DNA of 64,000 nucleotides, taken from contig CANRIM010000002.1 in the NCBI GenBank assembly GCA_947630695.1, forward strand, positions 1,271 to 65,270. The letters run 5' to 3'. The notes beneath the pieces are model-generated. The model had not been told where the DNA came from. It did not search any database and saw only the letters and a list, made by a program, of their open reading frames with translations. Made by a program: the position numbers and the translations under genes. Numbering within the stretch: the stretch's first letter is position 1; every line of letters begins with the position of its first letter. Shown one piece after another: positions 9,593 through 18,395 of the stretch. The stretch is from an uncultured Lachnospiraceae bacterium (lineage in GTDB: Bacteria > Bacillota > Clostridia > Lachnospirales > Lachnospiraceae).

Positions 9593-10723
9593 TCAGTACC
9601 TTTCCATTTTAGTGAGCTTGTACCACATAAACGACAGAAAAGGTATGAAATCCTTTCTTCCGCGGTATAGCTTTGCCTGTGCAGCTTTATACTGCTTTTT
9701 CCATTCTTTTTTGCTGATTATTCCTTTTTTGACCCTTACATCATAGTCGAAACATTCCGCCATAGCCTTGAAGTCAGTAGATATCTCACAATACCAATTA
9801 TCTGAAAATCTGCCTTTTTCAATCGCATTGCACCACAGCATAACCTGCGGCATACCTTCGACCGTTGTAATCCAACCAAGTACGGTATTCCTAAAATTAA
9901 TTTCGAGGAACCATAGCTGCCCATCCTGATCCACCATAAACTCAAACTCAAATATACCCTCCAGTCCTATTCTCTCAAGCATTCCTCTTGCCTTTTTATT
10001 AAAATCATCATTATGGCAGTTGCGAACGTTCCAATAGGGTGAATAATTGCCTTCTATGGCATATTCCTGACGGCACTCTTGAATCATGATAAAATTTTTA
10101 CCGTGATTTATTGATATTCCATCAAAAGAAACCTCATCGACCTTTTCTATAAACTTCTGTAAGATTATGTACTCACTCTTTATATCCTTATAAGCATTTT
10201 TAAGCTCATCCTCATTGTGACAAATCGATACAATACCCTTCCACTCGGCGCTGTATGAGTTTATTGCTTTTGTTATAATCGGATACTCAATATCCTCCGG
10301 TATTTCGCCGGTCTTCACTTTCCATGTCTTTGCTACGTTGAATCCATGCTTTGCGGCAAGGTCGCACAAAATATCCTTACTCATAAAATACTTGATTCTG
10401 CCTGCTTCTCCAGCGTTGTAAAAATAGAAATAATCCTTAAGCTCGTCATAGTGGCTGTCAAGTGCCATGACACTGACGTCATCTCCGGTTAATATAAACG
10501 ATTTTTCAGTTTTACTCTTCGCGTATTCAGATAGAATAAGCTTTATCCCATCCTCAGGAGAAGAAACAATGTGCTTTTTCTTTGTATACTTGCTGACAGT
10601 TGCCATCGGCGGGTCATTATGTACTGCAATAACGATCGACCTGATTCCCGCCTCGCCAAGGGTTCTTACAATACCGCAATGATTATAGTGGTCATGATTG
10701 CAAAGAACGATGTATTCTCTCAT
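9593..10723 (-). CDS. ATP-grasp domain ligase (carboxylate-amine ligase type)
   Basis: 376 aa with a C-terminal EGIFEFEFMVDQDGQLWFLEINFRN segment, the typical ATP-grasp Mg/ATP-binding strand. The N-terminal pre-ATP-grasp region reads VLCNHDHYNHCGIVRTLGEAGI. Confidence 0.6.
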   Translation of the reverse strand: MREYIVLCNHDHYNHCGIVRTLGEAGIRSIVIAVHNDPPMATVSKYTKKKHIVSSPEDGIKLILSEYAKSKTEKSFILTGDDVSVMALDSHYDELKDYFYFYNAGEAGRIKYFMSKDILCDLAAKHGFNVAKTWKVKTGEIPEDIEYPIITKAINSYSAEWKGIVSICHNEDELKNAYKDIKSEYIILQKFIEKVDEVSFDGISINHGKNFIMIQECRQEYAIEGNYSPYWNVRNCHNDDFNKKARGMLERIGLEGIFEFEFMVDQDGQLWFLEINFRNTVLGWITTVEGMPQVMLWCNAIEKGRFSDNWYCEISTDFKAMAECFDYDVRVKKGIISKKEWKKQYKAAQAKLYRGRKDFIPFLSFMWYKLTKMERY

Positions 10724-10745
10724 TATTTAGCCTCCAAAGAATCTG

Positions 10746-11408
10746 TCACAAAGAGAAGTTACTGTCAAAGCTCATTTCTTCCCTTAATATTTCAAACGCT
10801 TCTGCATATTTTTTCCCTATCTCATATCCTCTGAACCCGCATCTGCTATGTACTCCGACGATCCAGTCTTCTGCCCCAAATTTGTTATATTCTGATTTAT
10901 GTTCCCGCAGTGAAGCAATTTTCAAATCAATCGTACTTTCAATATCCACATACAACTGCGGCCGGAATGCCACATAAGAGCGTCCCGACGGCGTGATCGG
11001 TTCATAAAAAAATACCGTATTTTTTCTTCTCGCAGCAGCAATGGTTGAATTGCTCACCCCGACATGCGCCTGATGTGTATCAAACGGATGATGGGTGAAA
11101 ACAATATCCGGCTGGTATTCGCTTATGCAGACATCAATCGCATTGACAATATCGGATCGAAACGGAATATCTTTAGTCGGAAAGTCAAGAATCTCAATAT
11201 CCTGTACTCCAAGGGTTTGCAGCGCTTTGGTTCCCTCCTGTACCGCTATGTCATCTGAGCGCTGCACTTTTCCGGAAATATTCGTATATCCCGATTTACT
11301 CATAATCAAAACCTTAACCTGATGACCGCTTTGAATTGCCTTTGCCAAAGTTCCGCCACAGGCAATTTCTATGTCGTCAAGATGTGCTCCTACTGCTAAA
11401 ATTTTCAT
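10746..11408 (-). CDS. PIG-L/LmbE-family N-acetylglucosaminyl deacetylase
   Basis: AVGAHLDDIEIACGG (AHxDD) and HHPFDTHQAH (HxxH) zinc-binding motifs of the PIG-L family. Confidence 0.8.
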   Translation of the reverse strand: MKILAVGAHLDDIEIACGGTLAKAIQSGHQVKVLIMSKSGYTNISGKVQRSDDIAVQEGTKALQTLGVQDIEILDFPTKDIPFRSDIVNAIDVCISEYQPDIVFTHHPFDTHQAHVGVSNSTIAAARRKNTVFFYEPITPSGRSYVAFRPQLYVDIESTIDLKIASLREHKSEYNKFGAEDWIVGVHSRCGFRGYEIGKKYAEAFEILREEMSFDSNFSL

Positions 11409-12550
11409 TTGCTCATACCCTCTGTCTCTTTATATATTTCTTTCATTCTTTCGATTACAGCCGATTTTTCTCTAGGAAGTAATCGGGAATAGTTATCTTC
11501 AATAATCGCGTTCCGTTCTTCTTCGGTCATATTTTCTACGTTATGAATTGCCTGGATTAATTCTTCAACAGAACGATAATCAAATAAACAGCGCTTGTCC
11601 TTAACCAGATCCGTATTTCCACGAGACGCTGAACATATGACCATTATTTTGGAAGCAATGGCTTCCATAATAGCCCTGGGAAGCCCCTCAAAATCTGTAA
11701 GATGAACGAAAACGTCGGCAATTTGAAGGATTTCGGTTATATCTGTTCTATAGCCAAGAAGTTTCACACAATTATCAAGTCCATTATCCCTAATATACTT
11801 CTCATACTCATCTTTCAAAGGTCCAATGCCGCAAACTATATACTTATAATTGCTATTGCTTAGCTTCTGTAACGCCTTGATCATCAATATATGATTTTTA
11901 TAAACATTAACCTCACCAACTGAAACAAAAACTTTATCAGTAACGCTCAACCCTAATGAGGCTCGCTTTGCTGCCTTTTCTGCCTCAGACATTTTGTTTG
12001 GCTCAAATTTATTTAGGTCAATACCTACTCCCGGAACATATTCGATCTTTTTGGCATGCATATGATTTTTTGCAAATATATGGTCTTCTTCATTAATTGT
12101 GATTAGTACATCCGTCCAGTACGCAAGCAGCCATTCAACAGGAAAATAAAACAGCCAATTTTTCCTGGGAGCATTTTTACAAAAATGAAATCCATGCGCC
12201 TGGTAAATCACTTTTTTGACCTTACACTTTTTCCCTGCAAGCCTGCCAACAACCCCTCCAATAGGTGTATTACAATGTATGTAATCAATTTTTTCTTCTC
12301 TTATAAGTTGTACGATTTGCCTGTATGCTTTTATATTTCGCGGATCATAGGGAGTACGTATAAAATCAATCTGATGAATTTTTATCCCATACTTTTTTTC
12401 ATCCGCCAAACGATCGGCCGGATCGTCATATCCTGACCAGTTTCCTGCAATATGAAATTCTATTCCTAACTTCTGAGCAGCAACAGAACTTGACAGTGCA
12501 AATGAATTAAATCTATATCCAACATTTCCAATAAATAGCAATTTTTTCAT
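11405..12550 (-). CDS. Glycosyltransferase family 4 (GT-B fold)
   Basis: 381 aa with the EGLPRAIMEA Ex7E motif. Its ORF overlaps those of the PIG-L deacetylase and the thioesterase. Confidence 0.75.
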   Translation of the reverse strand: MKKLLFIGNVGYRFNSFALSSSVAAQKLGIEFHIAGNWSGYDDPADRLADEKKYGIKIHQIDFIRTPYDPRNIKAYRQIVQLIREEKIDYIHCNTPIGGVVGRLAGKKCKVKKVIYQAHGFHFCKNAPRKNWLFYFPVEWLLAYWTDVLITINEEDHIFAKNHMHAKKIEYVPGVGIDLNKFEPNKMSEAEKAAKRASLGLSVTDKVFVSVGEVNVYKNHILMIKALQKLSNSNYKYIVCGIGPLKDEYEKYIRDNGLDNCVKLLGYRTDITEILQIADVFVHLTDFEGLPRAIMEAIASKIMVICSASRGNTDLVKDKRCLFDYRSVEELIQAIHNVENMTEEERNAIIEDNYSRLLPREKSAVIERMKEIYKETEGMSK

Positions 12551-13242
12551 CTGTTATCACCCTGTGACACCACACTGCTCACAATCTCCAGTATCTTCTC
12601 TCTTCCCTGCTCTTCCTCCAGATAAAAGTGATCTCCTTTCATCTGGAAAAAACTTACATTCTTTCCGTACTCCTTCCATTTTTCCATCACTTCATACCGC
12701 ATCAGCGTATCTTCCCTGCTATACAGGATCACCATAGGCACATCCAGGTTCTCTGCAGGAACATATCTGTACTCTGACAGAATCCTGTAATCATTTTTAA
12801 TGAATGGAAAAATGATTTCCTGAAATACTTTTGTATTTCTTTGCTTTTCCGGAAGACGATCATAGTCAATGATGTACTGCATCAAAGTATCATCGTTCCC
12901 GTACTTTTGATAGCGAGTGACATCCAGACATTCCGGCGGCTCACATGCCGAAATGAACAAAACATCCGGTTTCCTGGTCAGTTTTTGCGTCACCATCCAC
13001 GCAATCAGGCCACCCATACTGTGTCCAAAGAGGGCAAAATGGTCCGCCTGAACACATTCCATCTGCCGGATCACGTCATCGGTCAGCGCCTCTATACTCT
13101 CCGGTAAAGGTTCCTGATACCGGAACCCATGGCCGCTGTAATCAATTCCATGAAACCGAAAATTCGTATGCTGCCATTGTTTGTAAATCAGGGAACTTCC
13201 TCCGGCAAAAGGCAGGAGGAATACGTCTTTTTTTTCACTCAT
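12547..13242 (-). CDS. Type II thioesterase (alpha/beta hydrolase)
   Basis: LLPFAGGSSLIYKQW N-terminus and the GHSMGG nucleophile elbow, as in NRPS/PKS-associated TEII enzymes. Confidence 0.75.
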   Translation of the reverse strand: MSEKKDVFLLPFAGGSSLIYKQWQHTNFRFHGIDYSGHGFRYQEPLPESIEALTDDVIRQMECVQADHFALFGHSMGGLIAWMVTQKLTRKPDVLFISACEPPECLDVTRYQKYGNDDTLMQYIIDYDRLPEKQRNTKVFQEIIFPFIKNDYRILSEYRYVPAENLDVPMVILYSREDTLMRYEVMEKWKEYGKNVSFFQMKGDHFYLEEEQGREKILEIVSSVVSQGDNR

Positions 13243-14759
13243 ACATTCGTATACTTTTTCATTAAAGCCTTTCGGTCAATCTTCCCATTATCGTTATATG
13301 GAAATTTCTGAAGCCTATGATATACTGTCGGAACCATATATTTCGGTATTTTCTTAACAAGCTCTGCCCGGAAACTGTTGGCATTCACTGACTCATCCCC
13401 AACATAAACAAGTATGATTTCTTTTTTCATTGCATCATATATGACACAGGTATCCTGTATTCCTTCCAGTCCAAGCGCCGCAGTTTCGATCTCTCCCAAT
13501 TCGATACGATAGCCCATATGTTTGATCTGAAAATCTCTGCGCCCATCGTACATGATCTCACCGCGCTGATTGTAATGAACCAGGTCTCCGGTACAATAAA
13601 TCTTCTCTTCATATAGATGATTTAATGGATTCTGTATAAACACTTCCCTTGTCTTTTCGGGATTATTCCAATATCCAAGCGCAAGAGATGTTCCTCGGAC
13701 ACACAGTTCTCCGACTTTATCCGGCTCTGTGACCAACTCTCCATGATCCAACACCATAACATCTGTATTGGGACACGGCACCCCGATCGGCAGGGGTTCA
13801 TCGTCACTAAACTCCCGGTCAACGATATAATATGTACAATCTACGGTAATCTCTGTGGGGCCGTACAAGTTTGAATACAAAGCATCAGGTATATATTTAC
13901 GCCAGTAATTCAGATGCTTGTTCGGCATTACCTCTCCGGCAAAAAGTATTGTCTTCAGGCACTGACAATCCATTCTGCTTAAAACATCTGAATTCGCCAC
14001 ATTAATAAAAACCGACGGAACCCAGAAAATGGTATTGATCTGTTTTTCCCTCACATAATCCATAAGCTTTGCCGGAAATGAATAATAATGTTCCGGTATG
14101 ATATGCAAGGTTGCTCCGCAGCTGAGCATTAAATATATGTCCAATGTTGAATTATCAAAATAAAATGGTGCCTGATTTCCTATAATGTTTTTCTCAGAAA
14201 TGTCATAACATTTTTTCGCCCAGTCAATATAATCAATGATACTTCTGTGCGAAATAATGACACCCTTTGGAACACCTGTCGAACCGGAGGTAAACAGAAT
14301 ATATGCAATATCTGTATCTATTGTTTTTTCAAGATACAACGGACCCGGGTTCTCAGTTTCAACGGAATCTATATTAAGGAGAAGCTCTGCCTCCACACCG
14401 TGTTCTTTCAATGTCTCCGCATGTTTCTCATCGGTCAGAATTAAAGCCGGCTTCAGCGCATCCAGTATTCCTTTTACTTTTTCAAACGGAAAACTCACAT
14501 CCGTGGGCGTATAAAAATTTCCACTGTAAAGAATGCCCATAAAAGCACTGATCATCTTTACACTCTTTGGAAGATATACAAATACAGGTTTTTTGGAACA
14601 GCCCAGTTTTCCACTTATTGCTTTCCCAATCTTGCGCCCGTTATCTCTTAACTCCCTGAAGGTAATCGATCCATCTTTATCAATCACTGCTGCTTTGTTC
14701 GGAAAGGACTCAGCAGTTTGATCCAAATATCTGATAACAGAATTCTGCACTACTTCCAC
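13239..14759 (-). CDS. Stand-alone amino acid adenylation enzyme, DltA-like (carrier-protein ligase)
   Basis: ANL core motifs are present: YILFTSGSTGVPKG, FYFDNS (Asp consistent with an alpha-amino substrate), NLYGPTE, YCTGD, GRRDFQIKHMGYRIELGEIE and NGKIDRKAL. At 506 aa it is the size of DltA. Confidence 0.8.
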   Translation of the reverse strand: MEVVQNSVIRYLDQTAESFPNKAAVIDKDGSITFRELRDNGRKIGKAISGKLGCSKKPVFVYLPKSVKMISAFMGILYSGNFYTPTDVSFPFEKVKGILDALKPALILTDEKHAETLKEHGVEAELLLNIDSVETENPGPLYLEKTIDTDIAYILFTSGSTGVPKGVIISHRSIIDYIDWAKKCYDISEKNIIGNQAPFYFDNSTLDIYLMLSCGATLHIIPEHYYSFPAKLMDYVREKQINTIFWVPSVFINVANSDVLSRMDCQCLKTILFAGEVMPNKHLNYWRKYIPDALYSNLYGPTEITVDCTYYIVDREFSDDEPLPIGVPCPNTDVMVLDHGELVTEPDKVGELCVRGTSLALGYWNNPEKTREVFIQNPLNHLYEEKIYCTGDLVHYNQRGEIMYDGRRDFQIKHMGYRIELGEIETAALGLEGIQDTCVIYDAMKKEIILVYVGDESVNANSFRAELVKKIPKYMVPTVYHRLQKFPYNDNGKIDRKALMKKYTNV

Positions 14760-14864
14760 ACTCCTCTCACACCGCCGGTATCATATAATTTAGAATTATA
14801 ACTGGAAGATACTTTCTGATTTCTACCAGATAATAATGCCGTTGTTTCCATTGACTTGTAGCTC

Positions 14865-15095
14865 TTAGATTGTTCCGCCGCTTTTTCTGATCAGCGCAAT
14901 GATTGCCTCGGCAGAGCAGAAATTCTCCGGCACCACATCCAGACCGTCAATTTTCACATTGAACTTTTCTTCGATGGTTGACACCAGCGAGATGATATCA
15001 AAGGAGTCCAGAAAACCGTCCTCCACAAAATCCTCGCTCTCCGTAAAATCAAACTCCGGCCGCAGGTCTTTTAAAATCTTATAAATTTCTTCCAT
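14865..15095 (-). CDS. Carrier protein, DltC-like (phosphopantetheine attachment site)
   Basis: 76 aa, acidic, with an LDSFDIISL serine motif, located directly downstream of the adenylase partner region. Confidence 0.7.
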   Translation of the reverse strand: MEEIYKILKDLRPEFDFTESEDFVEDGFLDSFDIISLVSTIEEKFNVKIDGLDVVPENFCSAEAIIALIRKSGGTI

Positions 15096-15118
15096 GTTTT
15101 TTCTCCCTGAGATTTTCT

Positions 15119-15907
15119 TTAGATAATAAAAATATAATTATAGAGATTTTCTCTCTTGTAATTCCATTTATTCATATACAAATTTAAGGCAGGCCGGTTA
15201 TCTGCCTTACACCACAACGTGAAGCTTTTAAAATCTTTATGGATGGAAAAATAACTTTTCATCAGTTCGTTTCCGAATCCTTTCCCGCGAAAAGCTTCGT
15301 TCACACAAATCATCCGTACATATGATGTCTTTCTCATATCCTCGAATATCAGAAAGCCGGCCAACTGGTCGTCCTCGCGAATTCCGATCACGCTCTTTGA
15401 CACAAGAAATTGTTCTAATTCAGCATCTGTTGGAATACGATCTCCGATTGGCATAAATGTTCGATCCATCAGGTTCCGCAATTCTTTGTGATTCTTTTCC
15501 GTACAATAAAAATACGCCTGACTAGCCGATTCCGATGGTATTCCACTGCTTCTGAGTCTTTCATACGTTACAACTGCTCTGCAAGCAATCATGGTGTTGA
15601 AATCATAATCGCCCGGTTCTCCCCTGGTAACAACCTCAATAACCATCGTATCCGGACTTGTTTCCTTTATTTTTTCAATCTCATGCACCCATTCAAAATC
15701 ATCAGCGTAAAAAAATAGCTTTAGGTAATCGCTTTCATTTACCAGCATAAGAAGTGCCTGCTCTGAGGAATAGCAGGTAATCCTGTCTGCTTTCAGCCAT
15801 TCCTCCATACTGTCCGGCTGAAAATAACAATTGGAATATTTGTATCTGTTTTTTATGGTCTCAAGATATAACTGATAAATCTGTTCCTTACCGGTGATTT
15901 TCTCCAT
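15119..15907 (-). CDS. GNAT-family acyltransferase (C-terminal GNAT domain)
   Basis: C-terminal VNEAFRGKGFGNELM (the Q/RxxGxG/A acyl-CoA binding motif). Confidence 0.65.
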   Translation of the reverse strand: MEKITGKEQIYQLYLETIKNRYKYSNCYFQPDSMEEWLKADRITCYSSEQALLMLVNESDYLKLFFYADDFEWVHEIEKIKETSPDTMVIEVVTRGEPGDYDFNTMIACRAVVTYERLRSSGIPSESASQAYFYCTEKNHKELRNLMDRTFMPIGDRIPTDAELEQFLVSKSVIGIREDDQLAGFLIFEDMRKTSYVRMICVNEAFRGKGFGNELMKSYFSIHKDFKSFTLWCKADNRPALNLYMNKWNYKRENLYNYIFII

Positions 15908-15915
15908 AACGCATC

Positions 15916-16986
15916 CTACAACTTCGTCTCTATTTCCTTACAAAAATCCATCTTTCCCAGCTGCATTACAATTGCGCCCCACGTCAGACCGGAACCAAAT
16001 GCAGAAAGGCAGCAGTAATAAGTTTTTTCCGTCATCTCCTGCTTCAAGTTATGGGTGATTACAGTAGGAATGGATGCCCCGCTGGGATTTCCGTAGTTTT
16101 CCACGACATTCATAAATAGCTTCTCATAAGGAACATTTAACTTGTCCGCCAGCTTCTGAAGCATGAACTTATTCGGCTGATGGAACAGATAATAATCAAT
16201 CTTTTCTTGCTCCACCCCATACGATTTGAACAAATCTTCCAGCATCGGAGGTACTTCTCTCTGAACAAAATTGAATACCTCCGCTCCATTCATATGCAGA
16301 TTGTCCAGACATCGCTTATTGCCGTCATCCGCTGCCACCATCTCTGCTGTTTCTGCAGAACTTGGCATTGCAAATCCGCCCGCAGGGATTTTCAAACAAT
16401 CCCGATTTGCCCCATCTGCCATTAAGCGGAAAATAATCTCTTCTCCTTCAGGATCATTTTCTACTATGGTCACGGTTGTTACATCACCCACCAACGGGAA
16501 ATCATTCCGATCATGCTTCGAAACTTTATGGCTGAGAATGTCCGAATTAAAAAGAACCACTTTCTTGTCTTTCATATAATCCAGAAGCATAAAAGACTCC
16601 ATAAGTCCCAGCAGAAATCCACAGCAGCCCTGAGGCATATCGATACACAACACATCCTGCGGAAGATCGCACTTTCCGTGAATGATATTACTCATTTGCG
16701 GAAGGAAATAATCCGGAGACAATCCTACGACGATAACTGCTCCAATTTCTTCTCGTCTGACTTTTCCATTATTCAGCAGATAATTCAGTCCCTCTACACA
16801 AAAATCAGACGCCGTACTGGAATCCTTCGCCAGCCTGTGCTTGTTAAATCCCATTACTTTTTTCAAACGCTTTGTCTGTTTCTCGGGAAAATCGTAGTTA
16901 CCTATCTCGTCATCAAAGTAACTTTCCGTCTCCGGAAGAACCGCCAATATTCCGCTGATTCTTTTATTTCTGAAAACTGCATCCAT
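15916..16986 (-). CDS. 3-oxoacyl-ACP synthase III family (FabH-like KASIII)
   Basis: Cys-His-Asn triad contexts: MPQGCCGFLLGL, YLFHQPNKF and YGNPSGASIP. Confidence 0.75.
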   Translation of the reverse strand: MDAVFRNKRISGILAVLPETESYFDDEIGNYDFPEKQTKRLKKVMGFNKHRLAKDSSTASDFCVEGLNYLLNNGKVRREEIGAVIVVGLSPDYFLPQMSNIIHGKCDLPQDVLCIDMPQGCCGFLLGLMESFMLLDYMKDKKVVLFNSDILSHKVSKHDRNDFPLVGDVTTVTIVENDPEGEEIIFRLMADGANRDCLKIPAGGFAMPSSAETAEMVAADDGNKRCLDNLHMNGAEVFNFVQREVPPMLEDLFKSYGVEQEKIDYYLFHQPNKFMLQKLADKLNVPYEKLFMNVVENYGNPSGASIPTVITHNLKQEMTEKTYYCCLSAFGSGLTWGAIVMQLGKMDFCKEIETKL

Positions 16987-17071
16987 TGATTATAACTTCA
17001 CACGAAAAAGAAGCGTGTTTCCCTTTCTTATACTAAAACTCATTTGACCCAATGTTATGTAAATATTAATT

Positions 17072-17827
17072 TTAGAAATTGATATATCCACCATCGGCAT
17101 ATATCTCTCTTCCTGTGATCATACGGGAGGCATCGCTAAGCAAGAACAAGATAATATCTGCAATATCCTCCGGCTGTTCCAGTCCAAGTACAGATTTTTT
17201 TATAAATAAATCAAACTCTTCCTTTGTCTTATCTTCGAACGATTTCTCCAACATCTTTGTGTTGACACTTGCGGGCATTACCGTATTGATCCGAATATTC
17301 TTTTCTGCCAGTTCAATGGCCATTGAAGTAACCATGGTATTCATAGCTGCCTTTGTAGCGGCATATATGCCCTGACATTTTTGCGGAACCCTTACGGCCA
17401 GAGAAGAAACCCCTACGATGCTTGCTCGATCGTGATATTTTCTTTTAGACAGTAAGCTCACCATTTCCGCAAATGCGTAAAGGTTAACCGTCATGCTTTC
17501 ATCCATGTTTGTCTTATTTAAAAGCGCAACGGGCAGGATCTTTGCAATTCCAGCACAGTAGACTAATCCGTCGATCTTATGACCATCACTGACAATGTCA
17601 TCAAAAATCTCCTTATAGCCGCCGGATTTGCTCAAATCCTTTACATAAAAAGCATGTCCGTTCCCGTGCAGACAGGGTTTTACATCTTCTTCCTGCTCCT
17701 TATTCAATACGATAAGACAAACTTCGGCTCCCTGTTCGGAAAGCCTTACGGCAGTTGCTTTGCCAATTCCCGAACCCGCGCCAGTCACAATATATCTTTT
17801 TCTGCTGAAATCAAACGGATTCCACAT
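17072..17827 (-). CDS. Classical SDR, FabG-like 3-oxoacyl-(ACP) reductase
   Basis: VTGAGSGIGKA cofactor motif and YAATKAA (YxxxK). Confidence 0.75.
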   Translation of the reverse strand: MWNPFDFSRKRYIVTGAGSGIGKATAVRLSEQGAEVCLIVLNKEQEEDVKPCLHGNGHAFYVKDLSKSGGYKEIFDDIVSDGHKIDGLVYCAGIAKILPVALLNKTNMDESMTVNLYAFAEMVSLLSKRKYHDRASIVGVSSLAVRVPQKCQGIYAATKAAMNTMVTSMAIELAEKNIRINTVMPASVNTKMLEKSFEDKTKEEFDLFIKKSVLGLEQPEDIADIILFLLSDASRMITGREIYADGGYINF

Positions 17828-17890
17828 GATATTCCTCCTCTGTATCTATCGATAAAGAAAAAGCATATGCCATATAATGCAGCGATCCAT

Positions 17891-18109
17891 TTATTCCATC
17901 ATTGCAAGTATATCCGCCACTGTTTTTGCATCTTTCAGTGTCCCGCCTGACACGCTTTTATGAAATTGTTCATCCATCATGGCTATAATCGATAAAGCTG
18001 TAACAGAATCCCACTCTTCATAATCAGCAAGATTATCTTCTGGCTTCAAAGTTCCCTCATCTAAATCCATGCATTCTTCAATCAAACCAAGTTTTTCTTT
18101 TTCACTCAT
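17891..18109 (-). CDS. Acyl carrier protein
   Basis: 72 aa, acidic, with EEWDSVTALSII (DS phosphopantetheinylation motif). Confidence 0.7.
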   Translation of the reverse strand: MSEKEKLGLIEECMDLDEGTLKPEDNLADYEEWDSVTALSIIAMMDEQFHKSVSGGTLKDAKTVADILAMME

Positions 18110-18156
18110 TCTTCTATCTCCTTTTTTATTAGAACTATGACATTATTGACTGTTGT

Positions 18157-18378
18157 TTATACAATCAGTTTGACAATATCTGAAACTGTTTTTACTTTTT
18201 TCAGTGTTCCTCCCGGTAACACTTTATGGAATTGTTTGTCAACAGCTGCAATCACTGTTAATGCCGTAAGCGAATCCCATTCTTCATATTCTGATAAACT
18301 ATTTTCCAGCTCTAAAGTTCCTTCTTCCAGATCCATACACTCTTCAAGTAACGAAATGATTTCATTTGCCTTTTCCAA
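18157..18378 (-). CDS. Acyl carrier protein (tandem paralogue)
   Basis: 73 aa with EEWDSLTALTVI. It is clearly paralogous to the neighbouring ACP. Confidence 0.7.
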   Translation of the reverse strand: MEKANEIISLLEECMDLEEGTLELENSLSEYEEWDSLTALTVIAAVDKQFHKVLPGGTLKKVKTVSDIVKLIV

Positions 18379-18395
18379 TTAAATTCACCTCAAAT

